The notes beneath the pieces were generated by a model. The model had not been told where the DNA came from. It worked only from the letters and a program-made list of their open reading frames with translations, and made no database searches. A DNA stretch of 64,000 nt from Deltaproteobacteria bacterium (GTDB lineage Bacteria > Bdellovibrionota_C > UBA2361 > J135). The stretch is from contig JACKAH010000003.1 of NCBI GenBank assembly GCA_020635175.1, forward strand, positions 67,190 through 131,189, written 5' to 3'. The stretch's first letter is position 1, and every line of letters starts with the position of its first letter. Positions 38,645 through 46,497 of this stretch are shown here, one piece after another. The position numbers and the translations under genes are program-made.

Positions 38645-39535
38645 ATGGAAACAGAGCAAAGACAAAACGAAAAATTCGATATCTCAGAGCAAAACTGCGC
38701 TAATACAATTTATACTGTTGATTCCTTCGCGAATGGAATCTCATTCGGGAGTCAACAAGTTGATCCAAACCTCGATCCACGCTCAGAATTTTCTCTACCA
38801 ATTTATGATGAGAGAGATGTAATTAGGCTCAGACGCCGTTACGCACTTAAGGAGAAAAACCCTCTATCTCAGTTAGAGCTCCAATTAATGAATCTGTCCA
38901 GAAAAGGGATCTTAGGCCGTTCCCACATAATCTTCGGTACTACAACAGATCCCTTTTTCCCTTTTGATAGCAAGTTTGATGCGAGCATGAAGTTTCTCAA
39001 TATCTTTGAGAAATATACACCGGGTCATTTAACAATTCAGACTCGTTCTCCGCTGCTAGTTATCGCTATTCCTGTCTTAGCTAAGCTAGGGAAGCGTATT
39101 TCGGTAACTATCGGCATAGAAACAAATGATGAGGATTCAGTCCGAAAATACACCCCAAATTTTCCAAGAGCTGAAGAACGTCTCAAAGCTGCACGCGCAC
39201 TACGAAGGTTCGGTATCGAGGTAACTCTACAGGTCAGCCCAGTACTCCCTTACGGTGACTGGAGAGAAGATGCATCCGAGTTTGCTGAGGCATTGGTAGG
39301 AGCATCAGATTACATCTATATCGAACCTTTTATTTCTTCAAAAGAGGAACGCTCTTACTTAGTCAACGGCTCGTTGCTGGGGAAAGCGTTAGCACAAAAC
39401 AAAAAGTATCATTGGCTGCGACATGACAGTGCTCAACCTTTGTACGATGCTGTTGAGATGCTTGCGCCTGAAAAGCTCGAGCGACCTGTTCGTTCGCATA
39501 ATCAGGAAAAGCAGATGTCGTTCTTTGCCGCATGA
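38645..39535 (+). CDS. Radical-SAM-like (SplB/COG1533-type TIM barrel) protein lacking the CxxxCxxC cluster motif
   Basis: IIFGTTTDPFFPFD, LTIQTRSPLLV, VTIGIETNDE and LQVSPVLPYG recall the COG1533 pattern; only one Cys in the first 100 aa. Confidence 0.55.
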   Translation: METEQRQNEKFDISEQNCANTIYTVDSFANGISFGSQQVDPNLDPRSEFSLPIYDERDVIRLRRRYALKEKNPLSQLELQLMNLSRKGILGRSHIIFGTTTDPFFPFDSKFDASMKFLNIFEKYTPGHLTIQTRSPLLVIAIPVLAKLGKRISVTIGIETNDEDSVRKYTPNFPRAEERLKAARALRRFGIEVTLQVSPVLPYGDWREDASEFAEALVGASDYIYIEPFISSKEERSYLVNGSLLGKALAQNKKYHWLRHDSAQPLYDAVEMLAPEKLERPVRSHNQEKQMSFFAA

Positions 39536-39672
39536 AAATTTAGTAAGATTGCTGCAAAACTAATTTCTCACTCACTAGTCTCGGCTATAACAGTGCATCG
39601 CTTTGCGATACACTGTTGCTAGCCTGCGAGACGTTCGCTGTGAAATTGTTTTTACGCAATCAAACTAAATTT
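39536..39672. repeat. 137-nt imperfect palindrome (long hairpin) right after the preceding stop codon
   Basis: Outer arms aaatttagtaagattgc / gcaatcaaactaaattt; central 12/13-bp hairpin 39589-39617; symmetric about ~39603. Confidence 0.75.
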
Positions 39673-39796
39673 TTGCTGACCTTGTGAGCCTCTGTCGCCG
39701 AGCATAGTTATTCTTAAGGCATTAGAATCAGAAAAATCTTGCTGCCGGACAGTTACTAGACAATACTATCCCTGTCTAAATCACAGGAGAGCCCAC

Positions 39797-41041
39797 ATGG
39801 AAAGGGTAGCAATAATCGGCGGAACTCGAACCCCATTTGTTAAAGCTGGCAGTGCGTTTGCAAAACATACAGCTTTAGATATGGCTAAGCATTCAGTTAC
39901 AAGTCTTGTTAAAAAGTTAGAACTTAAACCAGATGGTATTGATGAGTTGATCTATAGCTCTGTGCTGCTTGATCCACGTTTGCCAAACTTTGCGCGTGAA
40001 ATTGTCCTACGGACAGATCTGCCAAACAGCATTAATGCGCACTTTGTATCTAACAACTGTATTAGTGGTTTAGTTGCACTAAACTTTCTTTCTGATGGAA
40101 TTAAAACTGGAAGGATAAAGTGCGGAATTGGTGGAGGTGTAGAGAGTATGTCACTTCCAACTCTGACCATGAACCCAAAAGGGGAGCGTTGGTTTATTAA
40201 TCTATCTAGAGCTAGAAGCATGGGACAGAAGTTGAGCTTGCTTGCAAAATTTCGTCCTGGATTTTTAGCACCGAGACCTCCTAGTCCTAAAGAGCCATCT
40301 ACAGGCCTTACTATGGGGCAGCATATGGAGATCACTGCACAGAAGTTAGCAATTCCTAGAGCTGAGCAAGATAAGATTGCATACAATAGTCATATCAATG
40401 CAGCCCAGGCACAAAGCTCTAATTTCTTAGCAGAGGAGATCTCTGCCTTAGATGGAGTTGCGCAGGATAATATTATTCGAGCAAATACTTCGATTGAAAA
40501 ACTGGCTACGTTAAAACCGGTCTTTGAACGAAGTGACAAGGGTACACTCACGGCTGGTAATTCAAGTCCACTAACGGATGGAGCTTCTGCCGTTTGTTTG
40601 ATGTCTGAATCAAGGGCAAAGGCTGAAGGTCGTAAGATTTTGGCCTTCATTGAGGCGATTGAATTCTCGGCAGTTGATCCAAATGATGGATTATTGATGG
40701 CCCCGGCTTTGGCTTTGCCGAGATTGCTTAGAAACAATAACTTAAAAGTTTCTGATATCGACCTTTTTGAAATTCATGAGGCATTTGCTGCTCAGGTCCT
40801 AGCTAACATGCAAGCATGGGAGCAGGGTTTTTTAGGAGAAGCGCCTATCGGTCGTTTGGATCAATCTAAAGTCAATATTAATGGTGGTTCTATCGCTATT
40901 GGCCATCCGTTCGCTGCAACAGGTGGCAGACTAATTACTTCTTTAGCTCATTCCCTTCAGAGAAATGGGGCTGATAGAGGGGTGATAAGCGTCTGTGCAG
41001 CCGGTGCCATGGCTGCTGCCGTATTATTATCAAAAGAATAA
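39797..41041 (+). CDS. Acetyl-CoA acetyltransferase / 3-ketoacyl-CoA thiolase
   Basis: Thiolase motifs NNCISGL (active Cys), NGGSIAIGHPFAATGGRL, C-terminal VCAAGAM. Confidence 0.9.
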   Translation: MERVAIIGGTRTPFVKAGSAFAKHTALDMAKHSVTSLVKKLELKPDGIDELIYSSVLLDPRLPNFAREIVLRTDLPNSINAHFVSNNCISGLVALNFLSDGIKTGRIKCGIGGGVESMSLPTLTMNPKGERWFINLSRARSMGQKLSLLAKFRPGFLAPRPPSPKEPSTGLTMGQHMEITAQKLAIPRAEQDKIAYNSHINAAQAQSSNFLAEEISALDGVAQDNIIRANTSIEKLATLKPVFERSDKGTLTAGNSSPLTDGASAVCLMSESRAKAEGRKILAFIEAIEFSAVDPNDGLLMAPALALPRLLRNNNLKVSDIDLFEIHEAFAAQVLANMQAWEQGFLGEAPIGRLDQSKVNINGGSIAIGHPFAATGGRLITSLAHSLQRNGADRGVISVCAAGAMAAAVLLSKE

Positions 41042-41051
41042 ATCTCTCATA

Positions 41052-41098
41052 AAAGGGGACAGTTCCTATTTTGCTGAGAAATAGGAACTGTCCCCTTT
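41052..41098. terminator. Perfect 20-bp stem hairpin after the thiolase gene (bidirectional terminator-like)
   Basis: aaaggggacagttcctattt-tgctgag-aaataggaactgtccccttt, with A/T runs on both flanks. Confidence 0.8.
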
Positions 41099-41227
41099 AA
41101 ATGGTGAGTGGGGGGATCTCCCATTGATGCTTGCTGCACCAGAGAGATCCCCCCACGTTGTTGTTCGCCACGAACCTTCGACCTCATCCCCCGCAGGGAG
41201 GATTCAGTCAGAAACCGCAGAGAGGGC

Positions 41228-42508
41228 TCAGGCCTGGGCGGGGTGCTCGCTCAGCGCAGACCGCACCTCGTCATCCGTGAGCATCCGGCCGACCTGCTGG
41301 GCTCGGCTGATCACTGCAGCGCAGGCCTCATCGCTCGGGACTTCGAGTCCGAGCTGACTCGCGAAGAAGCGCACGTTGCTCCTGCCGCTCATCGGCGTCA
41401 CCACGATCTCGTGATCGCGTCCGACCAGGGCAGCCGGCACACCGGAGTAGACCAGGTCACGTAGTTCGGGGTTGCCTGCCGCCTTGATGATCGCCGCGGC
41501 ATGCACGCCGGTGCCGGTCTTGAACGCGTCACCACCGATCACCGGCAAGCTGTGGGTGATCGGAACGCCGAGGATCCGGGAGGCAGTCTGGCAGTAGGTC
41601 TGCAGTCCGGTCAGCTCCCGCTCCCAGAACCCCATCAGCGCGAGGTTCGCCAGGAGCAGCTCGGTCTCCAGGTTGCCCGAGCGCTCACCGACACCGAGGG
41701 CGCAGCTGTGGATGCGGCTGGCTCCGCACTCGAGCGCCATCAGGGCGTTGGCCAGGGCCAGCCCACGATCGCGGTGACCGTGCCAGTCGATCTCGATGTC
41801 CTCGTAGCCATTGCGCTCGAGGAAGTTGATGACCCAGGCCATCAGGTTCCGGACACCGCGCGGACCGACCCGTCCACAGGTGTCACACAACACGAGTCGC
41901 TTGCAGCCGTTCTGGATCGCCGCGTTGAAGAGCACCTCCAGATCGCCGGGATGAGAGCCGGTGGTGTCCTCAGTGACGAAGGGGAGATCGACGTTGAGCA
42001 CCCGTGCGCTCTGCTGCGCATCGACGACCTGAGCGACGAGTCGGCTGAGATCCCAGTCCTCGACCTGCTGTCGGATGCGAGAAGAGCCGAGGAAGCCATA
42101 GCCCTGAAGTCTGATGCCGTGACGGTCCTGCAGCGCGGCGACGGTATCGACATGCTTGGCGAGCTGGAAGATGGCGAGGCCCGGCACGTGGGTCCATCCG
42201 GCACGCACATGCTCAGCGAGCAGCGCGCTGATAGCGACCGTGTTCGCGCCGTCGAGCCCATCGACGGGCAGCCCGTAGTCGACGGAGTGGATCCCGAGAC
42301 CCTCCATCAGGCCGAGAAGCTCGATGCGCTCAGCGACAGAAGGCATCGTGATGCTCGGGTTCTGGCAGCCGTCGCGGATCGTCTCCTCGAAGATCTCGAT
42401 AGATGGATCTTCGGCGAAGGTGACGAACCTTGGATCAGCAGGTTGCTTGCTGTCCCAGGGATAGATCAGATCTGCTGGTTGCAGACCGCTCAATCGGTCG
42501 TGAGTCAT
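41228..42508 (-). CDS. HMGL-like (2-isopropylmalate / homocitrate / citramalate synthase family) protein in a high-GC island
   Basis: EETIRDGCQNP (TLRDGxQ-like), DTCGR, HGHRDRGLALANALMAL and GVGERSGNLETE motifs; strongly G/C-biased third codon positions. Confidence 0.85.
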   Translation of the reverse strand: MTHDRLSGLQPADLIYPWDSKQPADPRFVTFAEDPSIEIFEETIRDGCQNPSITMPSVAERIELLGLMEGLGIHSVDYGLPVDGLDGANTVAISALLAEHVRAGWTHVPGLAIFQLAKHVDTVAALQDRHGIRLQGYGFLGSSRIRQQVEDWDLSRLVAQVVDAQQSARVLNVDLPFVTEDTTGSHPGDLEVLFNAAIQNGCKRLVLCDTCGRVGPRGVRNLMAWVINFLERNGYEDIEIDWHGHRDRGLALANALMALECGASRIHSCALGVGERSGNLETELLLANLALMGFWERELTGLQTYCQTASRILGVPITHSLPVIGGDAFKTGTGVHAAAIIKAAGNPELRDLVYSGVPAALVGRDHEIVVTPMSGRSNVRFFASQLGLEVPSDEACAAVISRAQQVGRMLTDDEVRSALSEHPAQA

Positions 42509-42899
42509 GGGAAGTGATACCTTCTCTCTCTGAAGGGGAAGCTAGGTGGGCACCTAGCGGGACGAAAAAACATAGGCGAAACGAACAATGGCTAATATAA
42601 ATCAGTAATAACCATCAATCGTTGCTCCTTTATCTTGGCGAACTACTCTCTAGATTTGGATTTTTAAAACAGTGGATAATATCCTTATTCCTTGCGCTGG
42701 ATCAAATTTATACCACTCTAAAGGTCTTAATATCTTTAGACATAGCGTGGATTTCAAAGAGAAATAGAGACTATTAATTCTCAGATAGCCTAGGCCGAAA
42801 ATCAGAAGGGAATATATAGCGATGAGGATTTTTGAGTCCCCGTGCTCTCCCGTACTACGTAAGCACTGAAGAACACGGGGTTATGTCAGAAATAATGGC

Positions 42900-43316
42900 T
42901 TAATAATATGGATCTTGGTTTTTGTTTGAACCGCGATCATCATAACGATCATATCCACCACGATTTCCAGAAGAGTCACTGTTTTGTTGACGTCTTAACT
43001 CTTCAAGCTCACGTCTTTGTCTCTGAAGCTCTTCATCTTGTCTTCTAAGTCTCTCTTCTTGTGAACGTGTTGTTTGCTCTTGCTTATCAGCTTGGCCACC
43101 AAGTAATCCTCCACCTAGTAAACCTGATGCAGCTCCAATTGCAATACCAGCTCCAGTGTGACCAGTCTCATGACCAATAATAGCTCCAAGACCTGCACCA
43201 AGTGCACCACCTGTTAGTGCGCCAGATTCGGTATTACTCATTTGGTTATTACCGGAACAACCGAGTATAAATAGTGAGAGTGCTATACTAGCAGTAAGTG
43301 TCACTGTGCATTTCAT
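42900..43316 (-). CDS. Glycine-zipper lipoprotein with a charged coiled-coil tail
   Basis: Lipobox LGCSG; GALTGGALGAGLGAIIG...GAASGLLGGGLLGG glycine zipper. Confidence 0.75.
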   Translation of the reverse strand: MKCTVTLTASIALSLFILGCSGNNQMSNTESGALTGGALGAGLGAIIGHETGHTGAGIAIGAASGLLGGGLLGGQADKQEQTTRSQEERLRRQDEELQRQRRELEELRRQQNSDSSGNRGGYDRYDDRGSNKNQDPYY

Positions 43317-43476
43317 TATTAGAAATCCTTAAAAATTTAAGAGTAAAAGTTCAGTATTAAGTATACATAAAGCACTAAAAAAATGACAATTAGAAGTAAA
43401 ATCTTCAAAAAAATACCCCTGTAACTTCCTGAAAATACATAGAAATTCAAAAAAATTCCAAATTCATGATTTTTTG

Positions 43477-43506
43477 CTCAAGAACGTAAAGTACCTGACC
43501 GTTACT
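43477..43506 (+). promoter_or_regulatory. Sigma-28 (FliA)-like promoter candidate for flagellin 1
   Basis: ctcaag-N16-ccgttact, repeated with identical spacing before flagellin 2; compare TAAA-N15-GCCGATAA. Confidence 0.55.
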
Positions 43507-43699
43507 CACATTAAGCGAGTTAGTTGTTGATGTTTTTGAGTGGTCTTGCGCATGGAAGCCAGCCGTACTTTTTCCTGCCTAAAGATCCCTTTTTTAAAAA
43601 ATGAATTTAGTCACAGCGGGTGTGTAACGACAACGCGAGGATGATTGTCAAATGGACTGACAATCTAACTAAATTCGTAACTTCACGGAGGAACGAAAA

Positions 43700-44560
43700 A
43701 TGCCTGTAACCTTAGGATCGAATATATTGTCCCTCAACTCCCAGAGGAGATTGAGTGAGACAACCGACAAGCTAGGGAGCATCTATGAGAAATTGAGTTC
43801 TGGTCAGAGAATCAGCCGAGCTCGAGACGATGGTGCCGGTCTAGCAATCGCAGAAAACCTTAAAGCTGACCAACGTATTGCTACCGTTGCGATAAGAAAC
43901 GCAAACGACGGTATCTCAATCGTTGCAATCACAGACTCAGCTCTTGAGCAGATTGGTAATACTCTTACCCGTCTAGCAGAGCTTGCTGAGCAGTCGGCAA
44001 ACGGTATCTTTACACCACAACAACGTTCAGCACTTCAGAACGAGTTCGTCGCTCTGAGTTCAGAAATTGAGCGTATTGCGGTAACAACAAATTTTAACGG
44101 AGTGGCACTGCTCTCTGGTAATGCGACTGTAGCGTTCCAGGTTGGTTTTGATAACCAATCAACATCGCTCATCTCGTATAACGGAGTGGCGGGTACGCTA
44201 GCCTCACTAGGGCTTGCTACAACTGGCTCATCCAATCTTAACTTTTCAATCAACGCCTCAACAGCTGCGGCTGGTCAGAGTGCTGCTCAAGCTGCTCTTC
44301 AAGCAGTTAAAGCGGCGATTTCATCTCTGAACACCAACCGTGGTACGCTTGGTGCGGCTGAAGCTCGACTAAACGTTGCTATTAGTAACCTATCTGTAGC
44401 ACGTGAGAACTTCGCAGCTGCGGAAAGCCGTATCCGAGATGTTGACGTAGCGCAAGCTGCTGCTGAATTGACAAGAATCTCGATTCTACAGCAGGCTGGA
44501 GCATCTGTGCTAGCACAGGCTAACCAGCAGCCGTCAATCGCGCTACAGCTACTAGGATAA
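43700..44560 (+). CDS. fliC: Flagellin (short, 286 aa, no large variable domain)
   Basis: LSSGQRISRARDDGAGLAIAENL N-terminal and ILQQAGASVLAQANQQPSIALQLL C-terminal flagellin motifs. Confidence 0.95.
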   Translation: MPVTLGSNILSLNSQRRLSETTDKLGSIYEKLSSGQRISRARDDGAGLAIAENLKADQRIATVAIRNANDGISIVAITDSALEQIGNTLTRLAELAEQSANGIFTPQQRSALQNEFVALSSEIERIAVTTNFNGVALLSGNATVAFQVGFDNQSTSLISYNGVAGTLASLGLATTGSSNLNFSINASTAAAGQSAAQAALQAVKAAISSLNTNRGTLGAAEARLNVAISNLSVARENFAAAESRIRDVDVAQAAAELTRISILQQAGASVLAQANQQPSIALQLLG

Positions 44561-44746
44561 CATCCGAGTAAACTTGTTCCTCTACGTGTGATGTAGGGCG
44601 ACTTTGAGAGCTTCGAGGGATTAGGCCCCCTCGAAGCCGACGCCGCCCACGTACGTCCACTGGTAGGAGAGGTAGGTAAGCCGGGTTTTTTTGGAACTGG
44701 CTATCATTCGGGAAAACCCGGGTTACATACCTCGCAACTACCAGCA

Positions 44747-44808
44747 GTTTCAGAGGAGATAAGAGCTCGGATTGCCCCGACGGCTCTTATCTCTCTGAAA
44801 CTTTTTTT
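44747..44808 (+). terminator. Intrinsic terminator of flagellin 1
   Basis: gtttcagaggagataagagc / gctcttatctctctgaaac stem (~19 bp, one bulge) followed by ttttttt. Confidence 0.85.
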
Positions 44809-44975
44809 GATTTTGCCTATGAAACCCTCTCACAAGCCTTCTAGATTCTGTCCTTATATATACAATGACTTTTCAAATCACTTTTTATCTTAATCTCAGT
44901 CTTTGTCTTTTTCTCAGTTAGTTAGTCAATCATGAGCGCCAAGACCATGACCAAGATGGAGAGATTGTACTCATT

Positions 44976-45034
44976 CTGTCATCACGAGGAGTCAGTCGTA
45001 GCTCAGGCGGAGACAGACGACGTGGTGATCTGTT
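44976..45034 (+). repeat. Dispersed hairpin repeat, copy A
   Basis: Termini ctgtcatcacgag ... gacgacgtggtgatctgtt are shared with 55626-55673. Confidence 0.75.
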
Positions 45035-45115
45035 CTGATGAGAACTTAGCTCAAATATAGAGGAGATCATCACGTCGTCATTATTCAAAAAATTTCATAA
45101 TGACTCCTCATGATT

Positions 45116-45160
45116 CTGTAGTTTGTGCAGAATTTTAGTAAAAATTCTGCCAAACTACAG
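45116..45160. promoter_or_regulatory. 45-nt near-perfect palindrome just upstream of the flagellin 2 promoter
   Basis: ctgtagtttgtgcagaatttt-agt-aaaattctgccaaactacag (20-bp arms, one bulge). Confidence 0.6.
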
Positions 45161-45186
45161 AACTTTAGGGTTTGGTTCATTTTTTT

Positions 45187-45216
45187 CTCAAGTATGAGTG
45201 ATCCACTGCCGTTACT
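45187..45216 (+). promoter_or_regulatory. Sigma-28 (FliA)-like promoter candidate for flagellin 2
   Basis: ctcaag-N16-ccgttact, same motif and spacing as 43477-43506. Confidence 0.55.
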
Positions 45217-45376
45217 GATTATAGCTGATAAATGTGTGTGTGGTGAGTCTGGTAATCCAAATTCATTACAGTACCAATTTTCCTGTTCGTAGTTTGTGCG
45301 GGCAAGAAGTGTGTGTGTTAGCTCTAGAGTCGAAGGAACGACTCTGGTTTAAATAAGACTCAAGGAGGAAGTTAAA

Positions 45377-46237
45377 ATGGCAGTTACCATTGGTAATAAC
45401 ATCGCGTCTCTGACAGCTCAACGAAGATTAGGATCTTCTACTGAAAAACTTCAGAGCACCTACGAAAAACTAAGCTCAGGTCAACGTATTAACAAAGCAT
45501 CAGACGATGCTGCGGGTTTAGCGATTGCAGACTCATTAAGAGCGGACTCGCGAATCGCCCAAGTGGCAATCCGTAATGCGAATGACGGTATATCAGTAAC
45601 GAACATCGCTGACTCAGCATTAGGTGAGATCGGTAACGTTCTTACTCGTATGGCGGAACTAGCTGAACAATCTGCAAACGGTGTACTTAGTGTAACTCAG
45701 CGTTCTGCGCTAGCTACTGAATTTGGTGCACTTGCTTCGGAAATCGAGCGTATCGCTGTTACAACTACGTTTAACGGTGTAAACTTGCTTTCTGGTGGAG
45801 CTAGTATTGCCTTCCAGGTAGGTTTCGATAGTCAGTCGACATCACAAATTTCATATAACGGAGTACAAGGAACTCTTGCAGCTTTAGGGCTTGCATCTTC
45901 AGGTTCTTCGTCTCTAAACTTTTCTATTAACGCTTCAACAGCTGCTGCAGGTCAAAGTGCCTCAGTGAACGCTCTTGATGCGGTTAAAGCAGCGATTAAC
46001 TCGCTTACTTCTACTCGAGGTACGCTAGGTGCTGCTTCTACTCGACTAAGTGTGGCAATCAACAACCTGACTGTTGCGAGAGAGAACTTCCTATCTGCGG
46101 AATCTCGAATTCGTGACGTAGACGTTGCTGCAGAAGCTGCTGAGTTAACACGACTCACAATTCTACAGCAGGCAGGTGCTGCGGTTCTGACTCAGGCGAA
46201 TCAGCAACCAACACTAGCATTGTCACTATTATCATAA
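45377..46237 (+). CDS. fliC: Flagellin paralog (286 aa)
   Basis: Colinear and gap-free with the first flagellin; same terminal flagellin motifs. Confidence 0.95.
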   Translation: MAVTIGNNIASLTAQRRLGSSTEKLQSTYEKLSSGQRINKASDDAAGLAIADSLRADSRIAQVAIRNANDGISVTNIADSALGEIGNVLTRMAELAEQSANGVLSVTQRSALATEFGALASEIERIAVTTTFNGVNLLSGGASIAFQVGFDSQSTSQISYNGVQGTLAALGLASSGSSSLNFSINASTAAAGQSASVNALDAVKAAINSLTSTRGTLGAASTRLSVAINNLTVARENFLSAESRIRDVDVAAEAAELTRLTILQQAGAAVLTQANQQPTLALSLLS

Positions 46238-46423
46238 ACATAATAGAACGGTTGACCAGGTGGTTAAGCTACCTGGTTAACCAAAGCTTGATACGCAAAC
46301 TATCGAGCTGCACTTGAGTCTAAGAGTTAACAAGTTTCGTTCCTCGTAAGAGGTGCTCGAAAACATCCGATGGTACATGTCTTCCGTGAAGGATGTGGAC
46401 CATCAACCTCGCTAACTGCTTAT

Positions 46424-46481
46424 GGACTCTGGATTTGAGACACATGGGGCGAGTGTTTTAAATTCCAGGGTCCATTTTTTT
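46424..46481 (+). terminator. Intrinsic terminator of flagellin 2
   Basis: ggactctggattt ... aaattccagggtcc stem followed by attttttt. Confidence 0.7.
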
Positions 46482-46497
46482 ATGGTACTACTGAATA

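Noticed and set aside
38628-38822. 64-aa ORF overlapping the 5' end of the radical-SAM-like gene in another frame
   Set aside because: It overlaps the longer, motif-bearing ORF 38645-39535 and has no features of its own.
41501-42517. 338-aa plus-strand ORF, and other ORFs (41108-41464, 41124-41357, 41842-42261, 41970-42197), overlapping the high-GC gene
   Set aside because: High-GC DNA is poor in stop codons in all frames. These translations are Arg/Ala/Gly/Pro-rich nonsense, whereas the minus-strand frame 41228-42508 carries clear HMGL-family motifs.
44932-45060. 42-codon ORF (MSAKTMTKMERLYSFCHHEESVVAQAETDDVVICSDENLAQI*) in the flagellin spacer
   Set aside because: Its middle is encoded by the dispersed hairpin repeat. 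The copy at 55626 is read in a different frame after the shared CHHE segment. It has no Shine-Dalgarno sequence, so it is most likely a by-product of the repeat.
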